Below are positions 1-11,717 of a stretch of DNA of 35,392 nt, piece by piece. The stretch spans positions 1 through 35,392 of the forward strand of contig VJWM01000367.1 in assembly GCA_010909165.1 (NCBI GenBank), written 5' to 3'. Both the position numbers and the translations under genes were made by a program. The stretch is from Anthoceros angustus. Its lineage: Eukaryota; Plantae; Anthocerotophyta. Below the pieces are notes generated by a model. It saw only the letters and a program-made list of their open reading frames with translations, was not told where the DNA came from and did not search any database. Within the stretch, counting starts at the first letter, position 1; each line of letters starts with the position of its first letter.

Positions 1-682
1 ACGCCAAGCCTAAGGTTTTGACTTGATTCACCGATTGTTGAAAGAGGATTGCTGGATGTTGAGTGGTCAGACCTACCGTAGACATGTATGTGTCTATGAT
101 GAATCGGAAGACGACGCCGCCTAGGTGTTTTACACGCACTAATCGATTGTTGAACGAGGACCGTGGATGAGGTAGTTGCCTGGACCGCTTGGCAAAGTTC
201 ATGGATAGAATTGGCATGTGAAGTTTTAGGGGTTGCTAAGCATGTAATGGTATCCAGATGCTCAATTCATAGTGAATTTATCGTGCATCTCCTTCGCTGG
301 GACGAGATAGAGATTGTGCAGACGCCGTCAAGATCGACCGACTGACTCCCATCTCCGTGAGAAGTTCACCAAGATTCTACTCCCATTGCCATTACCCATA
401 CCGCTTTTTATTTCCTTTCGAATTTATGGCTGATGCTAATTCTATATGCTGCAGGCAATTCTATGGCCGTGCAATTTTATGGCTGTGCTCGCAATTCTGT
501 TATGCTATGGCAACACATAGCGGGTGTAATGTTTGCACATGGTAGGGCGTGAAGAGATAGAAGCGCATGACACTTAGGCTATTGTTGAGAGGGCCTCAGT
601 GCTTGTCCTGCTCTTGTTGCCTGAATTTAGAAGCGATGAGTACTGTGTGTGAGCACTTTATTCAAAGCTTTGGAGCAAAATT

Positions 683-698
683 TTTAGGGTTTAGGGTT
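683..698 (+). repeat. Two interstitial Arabidopsis-type telomeric units (TTTAGGG)2+TT, telo-box-like
   Basis: tttagggtttagggtt read directly; only two units, so not a chromosome end. Confidence 0.6.
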
Positions 699-996
699 AT
701 GCATGTTTAATTTTTGGTCTAAACTCATAAAACTTTATGTCAGCTCATAAGAAAAACACTCCGAAAAGGGAGCATAATCATCTACGCTAGTTAGAACTAC
801 TTATCGACATCGGAGGTTGGGTAAGGTGACCCGCCAGAGGAGCCCATCTGGTGCAGAGACCATGGTCACGACATACTGAGCATGAATCCAATCAAGAACT
901 TGCTCATGGAGAGTGTCCAAGATAAAGTGATTGTTGTAGATGCATGTAGCTATAAGTGATTGGTGCATAGAGTAGAATACATTGTTCCTAACGACT

Positions 997-1086
997 AGTC
1001 TTCGTCTAGTTGGTGCCTGGGTCCAAGATAAACACTAGAAAGTCTTCGTCTAGTTGGTGCCTGGGTCCAAGATAAACACTAGAAAG
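997..1086. repeat. Perfect 44-bp tandem duplication
   Basis: agtcttcgtctagttggtgcctgggtccaagataaacactagaa at 997-1040 and again at 1041-1084. Confidence 0.95.
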
Positions 1087-1153
1087 ACAGGAAACGAAGG
1101 ATTGAGAAGCAAAGTATATATCATATAGTAAAGTCCTCCCGACATCTATATGC

Positions 1154-1311
1154 TAGTCCACCTTCCATGAATGGGACCTCCATACGTAAATGAGAAACTT
1201 CCCTATGAATTTGGGATTGGGTTGGGAGCTACTACTTGATACTTAATTGTAGTCCACCTCTCATAAATGGGACTCGATACATAAACAAAAACCTCCCTAT
1301 GAATTTTGGGA
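1154..1311. repeat. Imperfect ~62-bp direct repeat, period 96 bp
   Basis: tagtccacct...aatgggac...ccctatgaat(t)ttggga at 1154-1216 and 1250-1311. Confidence 0.75.
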
Positions 1312-1865
1312 GCTTAAGTTCTAATGTGCAAGAGTTATATAATAACTATTTATTAAGAGATTTTAAAATTTTAGATAAAAATATTTTATATTTAAAAATC
1401 TAAATTCTATACCTATAATAAATAGTTTAAATCATATCTAAAAGATATGGCATACACGTTTTAGGGTGAGGTAGATTGTCGTATTTATTCATTTATTTTC
1501 AGCAAAGCTCTTTCTTTACCTAGTTGGGCACTAGGCCTGGTCTGGTGAAAGGTGGAGAACTAGGATTAATGCAATAAATAATAGCTTGTTCTCTCTGAAA
1601 TTTGGGTGATTGAGAAGCTTCGAACTTAAGGATACAGTTAAGGGTTTATGGTCACGTGATAGCTAGCTAGCTTCTTGGTGTAGAATCCCAACTTGGTACC
1701 ACTTGGTGATCATCATTATCATTATCAACAAGGTGATCTCGCACTTTAGACCTTGCATGAGAAAGGCCAGCATGCCCAGATACCCCACCAATGGAAGGCA
1801 CCAACGAAGGTTGCTTAACTGTGGAGTTCTTATATTAGCTGATGCATATGCACCCCTGTCCTGGG

Positions 1866-1926
1866 AATCATATATTCTTGGTCGGGATCATATATTCTGG
1901 GTCGGGGGATCGTATATTCTTGGTCG
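1866..1926. repeat. Three-copy ~20-22 bp minisatellite (GATCATATATTCTTGGTCGG-like)
   Basis: atcatatattcttggtcggg / atcatatattctgggtcggggg / atcgtatattcttggtcg. Confidence 0.85.
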
Positions 1927-3319
1927 CTACATCCTTGACGAGTCGACTGTATGTGTACAAGAGGTGTTAAGAGTACTTTGGACTCCGGAACTGAACGAAA
2001 GACTCACAGATCCTCTCATGCAATGCTTATTTGACGGCAGCTTATAATTCCTCAAAGATAATCTGAAAAAAACCCGGCTTGCCATCAACTTCTTTACTTC
2101 CCTTGGCCTGGAGGGCTGACCGATCATGCACTCAACGAGCATCTGAAGAACATCCCAAGATTGATAATGCAGGACTAAGTATCACTACCTATCTGATACA
2201 TCACGAATACATACATGGGATGCTGAGGCGTTTGAAGAAGGCAACACCAGCAATAGAGTTGAAGGCAAAAGGAGGAAAACATCAACAGTGATCCTGAAGG
2301 CTCCTAGGTTGGAGCAGAAGCTGGGTGTGAAGGCTAGGTGATGTCAAACTGGTAAAAGGTCCAAGAAGTCTGACGCTGATAGTGTAAGCGTCTGCGTCTC
2401 GGTCAAAGCTGCCACAGTGCTTTTAGCCATAAAAAACCAAAACGCGGTATTCCCAGCAGTATCATCACTGCTGGGAGCATGTGTAGTCGGTGACAGCTAG
2501 CAAAGACACTGGATCTCGCATAGCACCGTTGGTAGAGTTGTGTGCAGGGAGCAACAGCCGCAATGAAGCAGCCGCAATGACACGTAGACACTGAAAGACT
2601 GGTTCAAGCATCATATCACGTTTGTATATTGGCAAACACTTGGAACCTCCAACGGACAGAAAATCCCATCGCACACAGGAAGGAAACCTCAAATTACGAA
2701 GGGCGGGTCGCTGGAGAATCATTTAAAGTTGTGTATCAAGTTCACGCTACTTCTGAAACGAGAAATTGATCCTCCCCAACATGGAAACGATTCTTCTTTT
2801 ATGTCCAACTATTTTGTTTTACACTAACCTACGAATGCGAAGTACTCGGGTAGGGTCATCATCATCATCATCACGGATTCTAGGTAGATATGAAAACTAG
2901 CGATTGTTTCATTGCAGCTTGAAAGCATTCCGGCAACTACATACGATTGAAGGGTGGTCGGAAGTCTGTGTAACACTACACACCATAATAGTTTGAATAA
3001 GATAAAACAACATCCTACAGTTCTCAAATTTGAACCGTAATTAATCACCTGCTGGTAGTTTGCTTCAGACTACAAAAGAAATGAGGCTTTCCCTACAGCA
3101 AGGAATTGGCGATGGACAATAATGTTGCTCACAGAACTGGGTATCTGTCTAAGCCGCAGGTCAATACAAGCTCTCACTTGCAGTCGGGCTTTTCGTTAGT
3201 TACCATGACTGCAAGGAACGTTTAATGATAGAATCATCCCGATAAAAACCAAATCCAACCACCGATTGCTCAAGTAGCTGCTTGCGTCCTGGAGAAAGGT
3301 AGCAGTTTTGCACAAGATT

Positions 3320-6300
3320 TTACCAACGTCTCTGTTGCCCTCCACCACCTCTTCCTGCATAAGATCCTCCTCGCCCTCCTCCTCGCCCAGACCCATAGCC
3401 CCCACCCCTACCACCACTGAAGTTCCTGCAAAATCAATGGTTAGCATGTGATTAGAAGGAAATCAGTGTTCTATGTCGACAGCCAACAAGCTCAGACGAA
3501 CGTACCCTCTCCCAGAAGAATCTGGGCGTATTTGTAACTCAGGGATGCTATCAGCAATCCTAATGGTGAAAGTGTTGCCAAAGAGACTACCTTCCTTCGC
3601 TGCAAAACAAAGCTCAGTTGCACGTCAGAAGTTGCACCCCTGAGATGACTGCCAATCCATGGGAAACATTAGCAGAGGAAACCAATGGTTGCTCACGTTC
3701 AGCGAAGTCGGCAGCGAGTTTTGACGGTAGGTCAAACACAGCAGAATATCCATCTTGAGAAAGAGACATCCTCCTCACTTCTGATCTCACCACTTCATCT
3801 GGGAGAAATTTTCTCAAACAGTTGAACGCATACCTGAATGAATCAAATGATACCACACAATAAGCTCAAGAGGGCCTAATGCAGAAGCAATCACTAAACA
3901 GAGTAGGCCCTAGAAGTACCCCGATGTTTGCATGAAGACTTGTGTCTCGAGGATCAAAGTCGTTGCACCATCAATAGAGGATAGCAATGATCTCTTATTG
4001 ACCTCAGTATGTCCCTGAGATTGACAAGACAGCCATTAGGATTGCTCAAGACTGGAGACTGCTAACAGGTTCAGTCATATCCCTAACAGCAAACTGCAAT
4101 GCCGTAAGCCAAGACTCACAGATATCTTTGCAAGCGCCTTCGCCAGGATATCCACAGCTGGTAAACCAGAGCTGTTTATAAGATTCTGTGCTGCATCCCT
4201 AAAAACAGGTATAACACTGCACACAAAGATTGCAAGGATTGAGTTCAATCAACACTCTACCACACCCGAATCTCTCAGATAATCTAAAAGCATGAGCTGC
4301 AAAGAATGAGAAGCAGAAGAATGAGATATTGAGGTTCAAGAAAACAACACAAAAAAATGCAGTTAAGTATCACTACCTATCTGATACATCACGAATACCA
4401 TCTAAAGCAGATATCGCAGAAGCTTTGGCAATATCTGCAGGTTGTGGAGCTGCAATGCGCTCAAACCTAAATCCTGCTTTTCTCTCAATGATAGGTACCA
4501 TGTACTCCTTTTTTCGGTCATACAGCAGAACAGAGACGCCCGTGTTACCTGCCCGCAAATAGCCCTATATTAGCCAGATAAGTAAAAGGAGCAAGTCCAA
4601 CTACAAAAGGTCACATCCTGCCGCACTGATGAGTGCACACCTGCTCGTCCAGTACGACCAGACCGATGAATGTACGTTTCAACATCCTTAGGTGGTTCAC
4701 ACTGCACAGGACACACAGCCTGCTGAATAAAAGTGCACATGCAAAAATTGCTTCCCACAAATGTGGGCTGCAAACCGGCACTTGAAAGCGGGTTGACAGC
4801 ACCACTGCACCAAATAACAAATACAGTCCGTACCTGGATCACCAACTGGACGTCATTCACATCCAGCCCACGTGCAGCAACATCAGTAGCGACCAGTATT
4901 TGGAACTTTTTTTCACGGAACGCTTGCATGGTCACCTGAGCAAAACATAAACTGTGTCAGCAGACTGATGGGTGACAAAAAGACTGATGATAGAGCTGTG
5001 TGTATGTACTCCATCAACTAGAAGCATCCAGATGAGTAAGTTAGCCTAAGACTGACCTCACGCTGCCCTTGAGCTATGTCTCCATGCAAGGCACGAGCAG
5101 AGGAAGACAGGGCACCTGCAAGCTCTGACGCATCATTTTTTGTCTCCGTAAAAACAATTGTTTTTCCACCACTGCAATGTCAACATAAAAGTCATCCACA
5201 GAAATAATGTGAACCTTCTACCCAGGATCCATGAAAATTAGCTAACCATGCCTAGGTAAGTTAGAAGATGTAGAGCCCCCACCTGCTGTAACAGCTGATG
5301 ACATCGCTTACAATGTGAGAACGGGCTTGATAGGCACAGGGCATCAGAAGATGTTTGACAGAGGAACTTGCTTTCATTTTCTCATCCCCAACCAAATCAA
5401 CAGTCCTCCTGCTGGCCTTGAAGAACTTTGCTGCAATCTGCCAGGTCAAATGCAAATCAATAGTTGCAACAAAGGTAATACATCTCAGGTGAGGAATGCA
5501 AAACTTGGACTGAACACAGCCAAAAAAGCTATATACCTGCTTGACCCAGTCAGGCATGGTGGCACTGAATAGGAGGGTCTGCACACTTGAAGGGTCATCC
5601 ACGCCACCTGCAGAAAACCTACGCAGCTGAGAAAAGAGGAGCCGGGGATAAAGTACCTCTGTCCAACAAGCTTACAACTTATAACTCTCACCAAGAATCT
5701 TCTCAACATCCTCCACAAACCCCATCTTGAGCATTTCATCCGCTTCATCAAGTACACGGAACTTCAATGTTTTAAGATTCAATGTCCCCCTCTCCATGAG
5801 ATCCTGCTCAGCCATAGAGCACACTCATTAAAATCTGCAATACTGGAAAAACTATCCACAATTCTACCGAAGGTGTGCAGAAGGACCTTGATGCGCCCTG
5901 GAGTTCCAACCACAATATCTACACCCTTCCTGAGTGCATTCTCTTGGGCTGCGTAAGGAGATCCGCCATAGACACACACTGAAGTCAGACCAACTGCCCT
6001 TCCATAATTCTCAAAATCTGCAAAGACCTGTGCAATGAAACATGTGAGACAGGGGACACATCTAGGAACCACAGCATCAGGTAACATAGGAGGCATACGA
6101 TAAGTCACCTGTTTAGCCAGTTCACGTGTCGGAGCAAGCACAATGACACCAGGTGCTCGTCCATAAGACCTCTTCGCATGCATTTTCTTCTTGTCGGCCA
6201 GTGTCTCCACGATTGGCAAAACAAACGCCAAAGTCTTCCCCTGAAAAGAACAACAAAACCGACCAAACAGGCACTAAATCAGAATCATGCATCAAACAGA

Positions 6301-6847
6301 ACGGCACTAGAAACAGTACTCAGGACATAGCCAAAGAGAGCCACACCTGCCCGGTCCGTGCTCGACCAACTAGATCATTTCCACCCATGACAATGTCGAA
6401 CGTCAGGGCTTGGATTGGGAAAAGTGCTTCAATGCCCTTCTCTTTCAGCTTCGCTCTCACGGTCTCAGAGATGTTGAAGCTGGAGACCGCCATAGGATCA
6501 CTCTGCTTTGCAGCTTCGAGAGAAGAAGTGTCACTCTCTCCCATACCCTGAGTACCTTCAAGGTCCTCATCACACACTCTACTCTTCTTAACCGGAGGCT
6601 CCTCATCCCACGCGGATGACTTCTTTCTCTTCAACCGATTTTGCTCAGCTGGCAAGCTCTCGTTCACCATCCCTTCGGATCTCCTGTCTTTCTTCTTCTT
6701 CTTCTTCCTCCCTTCCCTGTCAGACGAGGGCGGGGATCCTCCTTCCGGGGAATCGGCAATAGACTTCACTTTTTTCGATTTCTTCGGTGATTCAGCTTCG
6801 GACATGACGACTGTCTCACCAGCCGGAACTACTAACCCAGGCACCAT
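3320..6847 (-). CDS. RH7: DEAD-box ATP-dependent RNA helicase 7 (DDX21/DDX50-like, GUCT-region and RGG tail), 696 aa, 15 coding exons: 6847-6347, 6240-6109, 6027-5887, 5803-5692, 5607-5537, 5437-5283, 5171-5057, 4935-4834, 4701-4641, 4548-4377, 4216-4120, 4014-3920, 3833-3697, 3599-3506, 3425-3320
   Basis: Hand-spliced with GT-AG introns in consistent phase (2091 nt). Motifs: Q (LFPIQA), I (ARTGQGKT, the GQGKT variant typical of RH7), Ia (PTRELA), Ib (GTPGRI), II (DEAD), III (SAT), IV (IVFTETK), V (TDVAARGLD), VI ([10 protein letters not shown]). Lys/Asp/Glu-rich N-terminus; C-terminal RGG tail ([17 protein letters not shown]...RRW*). Confidence 0.95.
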
Positions 6848-8254
6848 TATGCAAATTTCTCTTCAACCTGCTACCCGTCCAAAAACTCAGTCTCCCACAC
6901 CCTCATCAAGCAGAATGTACCACAGCACGACGCAAATAATGCACAATCTCCCTCACCTGAATCAACAAACGGAAAACTCCCGGTGACAAAGCAGATGCTA
7001 TGTCACCAAAAAAACACAAATCCAACAAAGACCGAAAGCCCGCTCGAACAATGGGGAAATCTATAATAATCTGCTCCGATGCAGCGAAGGCCGCGGCACC
7101 AACAGAAGTCACCCGCAGAGGATTGGATCAGGTCCACCACCAAATACGCATCAAGCTATATGATCTGCTGCTGCGAGGCCCACACACAACACAAGACCAA
7201 TGGAATGAATCTAGATGGGCGTGCGTAGGGAGGTGGGCGGACGAGCGTGAACGGAGGCGGCTGGCGAAGGCTGTGTCCCTCGAAGGGGGCAATGCAGCAG
7301 TTAGGTCCGATCACAGACCTAGCTTATTATAGAACAGTTTCAGAACTCAAGGTGCTGCAGGTATCATAATAAGGTCTTCGCAAATGTTAAATTGAATATA
7401 TACCTACTTGTGAACATACATATATAGCAGGATTCGGACCTCACGATTCGCACCCAAATGAGAATTTCTCGGATTTTAAGGGCCTGTTCACACCGGACTT
7501 ACAGATTGACATATTCCACGGTGGACGCCACGTCAACGATCTTTTATATGCCCGCTCCTTGCTGACAACTGCTTTATTAAAACCTCCATTACTATGTGAG
7601 TGCAAAGATGATGAATTAGGTTTTATTTATCTTCAATAATATAAAATAAATTTTGATAATATTTTTTCATACTTATTTTCAATCATAATAGGACAAATAA
7701 TATGTCATAACCTAGTCCACCGGTGTAAGGGATAGCCAACATATAACATACAAGAAGGCCTGAGCCCTACCACCTCCTATTTCATGCGTTCTTTTGACTG
7801 GGTTCATTGGACACTTGCAGCACTATCTTACGGACCACATGACTAATGTTAGTGATGCATCTTCGACAAGCTCATTAGTTAGTGTGTAGGCCATTCAATT
7901 TATTAAATTATGATATCATAGGATTACCGGTAATTTTTAATTTTCAATATAGAGCTTAATTGCTCCTCCTTTTTACTGCTATCTTGGAGTCTCCTTGTGA
8001 TTGGCTGACCCCATCTTGCTCTTTGAATAGACTAAAGACAATAAATAAGGGGATGTAATATACACTGGTACAAACATTTATGTACCTTCACGAGTGCGTA
8101 CATACCTATATGTACATATGTACATGGGTATGTACATGCTGGAGTCGGAAGTTGAGAATTTTGAGCGCGATCTAGTGGTTTCATCACACAGGCAGACAGC
8201 AGGCGGTGCTGTCATTGTGGGAACCAGCGAGCAGTCGGTGAAGGAAGTTGGAAA

Positions 8255-9142
8255 ATGGCGGAACGCGGTGAGCATGAGCAGGAGATGGAGAACAGTGTGG
8301 AGGTGGATGCTATGCACTTCACCTATCCTGGCCAGCAGCAGCAGTTCATCACGAGCTTTTCTCTCAAGTTGAAGCCGGGGTCACGATGCCTGCTGGTGGG
8401 AGCAAATGGAGCTGGGAAGACGACGCTGCTGAAGATCCTGGCAGGTAAGCACATGGTCGGGGGGAAGAATGTGGTGAGAGTGCTGGGGCAGTCGGCATTC
8501 CATGACACGTCTCTGGTTTGCAGTGGGAAGCTGGCATACCTAGGAGGATCGTGGACTAGGTCTGTGGGATCGGTAGGGGAGGTGCCGCTGCAGGGGGACC
8601 TGTCCGCAGAGACTCTGATTTACGGAGTGGAGGGAGTGGATCCCGCGCGCAGGGATGCGCTGGTGGAGCTTCTGGACATAGATCTGCGCTGGCGGATGCA
8701 CAGGGTGTCGGACGGGCAGCGGCGCCGCGTGCAGATCTGCATGGGCCTGCTGCACCCGTTCCAGGTGCTGCTGCTGGACGAGATCACGGTGGATCTGGAC
8801 GTTGTGGCCAGGATGGATCTGCTAGGGTTCTTCGCGCAGGAGTGCGAGCAGCGGGGCGCCACTATCGTGTACGCCACTCATATCTTCGACGGCCTGGAGA
8901 CCTGGGCCACTCACTTCGCTTATGTGGAAGATGGCAAGCTCAGTCGTTCTGGTAGAATTTCAGATCTGCACGAGCTGGATAGGGCCGGGCATCTGATCAA
9001 GGTTGTGGAGCCGTGGCTCAGGGATGAGAGGGACAGGAGGATGAAGCTGGCCACAGTCAGGCCTCAACAGCAAGAGAGAGTCACTCGGCCACCGGATGTC
9101 TCACCGTGGACATCCAGCCGGCATATGGCTTACTATAGATGA
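8255..9142 (+). CDS. ABCI21: Soluble ABC ATPase, ABCI19/ABCI21 (NAP2/POP1; yeast CAF16-like), 295 aa, intronless
   Basis: Walker A GANGAGKT, atypical signature [11 protein letters not shown], Walker B LLLDE, H-loop YATH, and C-terminal SSRHMAYYR typical of plant ABCI19/21; the exact paralogue cannot be fixed from sequence alone. Confidence 0.9.
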   Translation: MAERGEHEQEMENSVEVDAMHFTYPGQQQQFITSFSLKLKPGSRCLLVGANGAGKTTLLKILAGKHMVGGKNVVRVLGQSAFHDTSLVCSGKLAYLGGSWTRSVGSVGEVPLQGDLSAETLIYGVEGVDPARRDALVELLDIDLRWRMHRVSDGQRRRVQICMGLLHPFQVLLLDEITVDLDVVARMDLLGFFAQECEQRGATIVYATHIFDGLETWATHFAYVEDGKLSRSGRISDLHELDRAGHLIKVVEPWLRDERDRRMKLATVRPQQQERVTRPPDVSPWTSSRHMAYYR

Positions 9143-9599
9143 GCTCCGACTCGTCTTTTGTTGCTGTCGCTGAGCTTCAATACACATTCAAGTGTTAGCC
9201 TATTGCATTGTTTTGTTTGATGGCTGTGCTATGAGGCAGTAGGATGCCACTGAGCAGACGTCGAGGACCAAGACTGGAATAATGATCCAGGAATTGGCTG
9301 TAAACAGCCTAGCAAGTTCTCTTTTGCACAGCAGCATTCGTGAGGGAAGAAGAGACTTCCCTTACCAAACGTTGTGAAGAAAAGAGTTGCTATTAGAAAG
9401 GATCTGTAAATGGGACTTCAGAATTGAGAATCCCACTGAGGTAACTACGTACTAGCTTAGCGAGAATAAAAGTATTCAGTGAAGCTGGCCACGTTTTAGT
9501 GTTTTGACGTGTTTAAAAGTTAGGTTTCAGCATCTGAAAACCGTGTCTCGTTATTTCAGCCTCTGTGAATCGCGCGAGGCAGCTAGAGAGCTCGCAACC

Positions 9600-10111
9600 A
9601 TGTCGTACTTGCTGCCGCATCTGCACTCCGGCTGGGCAGTGGACCAGGCCATCCTGGCGGAGGAGGAGCGAGCTGTGGTGATCCGATTCGGCCACGACTG
9701 GGATGAGACGTGCATGCAGGTAGGTGTCGTGACTGCTCCACTGTTTCTTGCTGCGCGTTCTGTGGCGGGGATGGCGTGAAGCCCTAACCCATGCATCTGC
9801 AGATGGACGAGGTGCTGGCCTCCGTGGCGGAGACCATCAAGAACCTGGCGGTCATATACTTGGTGGACATCACCGAGGTGCCGGACTTCAACACCATGTA
9901 CGAGCTCTACGATCCCTGCACCATCATGTTCTTCTTCCGCAACAAGCACATCATGATCGATTTGGGGACTGGAAACAACAACAAGATCAACTGGGCCCTC
10001 AAGGACAAACAGGAGTTTATTGACATTGTGGAGACTGTCTACCGAGGGGCCAAGAAGGGCCGAGGGTTGGTGGTGTCCCCGAAGGACTACTCCACCAAGT
10101 ACAGGTATTAG
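9600..10111 (+). CDS. DIM1: Thioredoxin-like U5 snRNP protein DIM1/YLS8 (TXNL4A), 142 aa; exons 9600-9719 and 9803-10111
   Basis: MSYLLPHLHSGWAVDQAILAEEER...DLGTGNNNKINWA...SPKDYSTKYRY, close to the invariant DIM1 sequence; 83-bp GT-AG intron with branch-point-like ccctaac at 9782-9788. Confidence 0.97.
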
Positions 10112-10628
10112 GGGTCTCAGATCACAGCAAAGCAGACCGGCCGTAACACTTCTTGTGTGCCGGAACAGACTCCCCAAGTGGACCAGTGTAGATTTGTTCG
10201 CTGACTACCTCAGATCGCTGTACACTAGCGAATGTGTGCACTAGGTCATCAGGAAGTGCACCAAAACTCAGTAATGCCACTAAAAATAAGGTTGAAGTAT
10301 CTGCCTAGTAACCCATCTCTTCAAGACCAAAGATGGCGGTATAGTGGTAGACGTTTGCAATGGTAAGGGAGCGCACACAAACCATCACTGTTGTTGCTGA
10401 AGATCTGATTGAAGCTCCTTGTAACTCTCCTATCCATCCATCTGGCAGAACTTGTCGGTTGTTCATCTAATGCATCCATGCTTGATGCAGCTTGAAAACA
10501 GGCAGCTGGCAGTCCTATCCACAAGACATCCATCTAAGCTGTACATGGAGAAGAAGAAGCAGCGCCAAAGTCGAGACATCCCCAGGCTTGCCGTGGATCA
10601 GACCTTTGTCCTCCAACCTCCACTGCAG

Positions 10629-11093
10629 TCACTCTTCCTCTGATGCGTCCTCCTCCTCCAGTTCAAACTGATCTAACTCTTTGAAGTAGGCCATCTGATC
10701 AAGAACAGCTTTCGGAGTGGTGGTCTGCGCTCCCTTGGTGCCTGACTTGGCAGCCTTAGGTGTCCTGGTATCCACGTCCCGCGCTCCTCCACGTTTCCTC
10801 TTGACGGGCCGTTTCTGCCTCACTTCTCCCTTCCCACTGCTGTCACTCTCGCCTTCATCGTCACTGGTATGAAGAGCCTTTTCCTGTGCCTCTCCCTCCA
10901 ACACTTGAAAGCAATTGTCGTCAGAATTAGCGTCAGAGTTATCTCCTCCGCCATCACGCGCCGATTTCTCGCCTAGCGAGCTGTGCCGCTCCTGCCTGCG
11001 TTCTTCCAACTGAATGGCCACAGCCGCAGCCTTGCCCACAGCCCTCTTTCTGTCCGGCCCCATGCCCCGCCGCTGGGACACGTAGACGCGCAT
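10629..11093 (-). CDS. Putative Sororin-like (WAPL antagonist) protein, ~154 aa, low complexity with C-terminal Sororin-type motif
   Basis: ATG at 11093 (MRVYVSQRRG). Acidic/Ser-rich middle, polybasic KRPVKRKR, then QMAYFKELDQFELEEEDASEEE* at the very C-terminus, matching the plant Sororin (Y)F-x-E-x-D-x-FEL-x-EE motif. Start is uncertain; an upstream exon cannot be excluded. Confidence 0.55.
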   Translation of the reverse strand: MRVYVSQRRGMGPDRKRAVGKAAAVAIQLEERRQERHSSLGEKSARDGGGDNSDANSDDNCFQVLEGEAQEKALHTSDDEGESDSSGKGEVRQKRPVKRKRGGARDVDTRTPKAAKSGTKGAQTTTPKAVLDQMAYFKELDQFELEEEDASEEE

Positions 11094-11547
11094 TTTCTCC
11101 AGGCCTGGATCCTCCGACAACGCACAAATTTGCCGTCGAGACAGATCGAGCCTCCAGAACTCGCAGGTTTTCTTCACGACTCTACGGCAGGGAGGCCTGG
11201 ATGAAAAGGGCGGGAAACCTACAGTTTGAAGCTTGGCCTTGCTTGGAGCCAACGTTGTTTCATCGTTTGAAAAACGAGATTTGTCCCCTCTAAGTTCTAA
11301 GTTCCACTTCAAACACAGAAAGGTAAAACGGAAAAAATAGGTACTGTAGTATGATCGTATTCTCTCTACAATAACCACTGCTGTATTTTTACATAAAAGA
11401 AAAATTATCAGCCAAACCTTTATTATGCTAACCAGAGTTTATTATTTTACAAAATAAGCTCAGGTTAAAGGTCCCAAAGGTTAAAAAATAGTGGTTATAG
11501 TGGACAGTCATTGAGGTTCTTGGTTATAGTGGATAGTCATCCAGATT

Positions 11548-11607
11548 TTAAATCCAAGTAGTATCTAAGTAGTTTTGTCTCCAAGAGAGAAAACTACTTG
11601 GATTTAA
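11548..11607. repeat. 60-bp hairpin with perfect 15-bp inverted arms
   Basis: ttaaatccaagtagt (11548-11562) and actacttggatttaa (11593-11607) are exact reverse complements; 30-bp spacer. Confidence 0.85.
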
Positions 11608-11717
11608 CTAGACAAAAAGAATCTTCTTCATTTTTTTTATATGATAATATGATGTGAGGAATTAGAACCCTTGCTGAAGATTTCTCCCTAGGGGAGGTTG
11701 AGTGGGAAAGATCTTTT

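Noticed and set aside
683-698. Telomere or chromosome end
   Set aside because: Only two TTTAGGG units, embedded in ordinary sequence.
997-1926. CRISPR-like array
   Set aside because: The repeats are tandem with no unique spacers, there are no cas genes, and the context is eukaryotic.
2856-2874. (CAT)n microsatellite
   Set aside because: About five units; an ordinary simple repeat.
7479-7895. PIF/Harbinger MITE (TAA-GGGCCTGTTC... start)
   Set aside because: The left end looks like a Tourist TIR, but no convincing matching right TIR or TSD was found.
8101-8132. Palindrome catacc-atgtacatatgtacat-ggtatg as a regulatory hairpin or miRNA
   Set aside because: It is built from simple ATGTAC repeats and is too short for a plant pre-miRNA.
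9551-10177. 208-aa minus-strand ORF
   Set aside because: Antisense shadow of GC-rich DIM1 coding sequence with no recognisable domain. The same applies to many track ORFs overlapping RH7, ABCI and the TE regions, for example 28130-28777 antisense to gag.
3320-11093. Functional gene cluster (RNA processing and mitosis: RH7, ABCI, DIM1, Sororin-like)
   Set aside because: These are unrelated housekeeping functions; adjacency in a compact genome is enough to explain it.
11094-11378. Longer N-terminus of the 10629-11378 ORF
   Set aside because: The track start is a non-ATG codon and the added region reads like UTR (FFRFTFLCLKW); the ATG at 11093 is preferred, though not proven.
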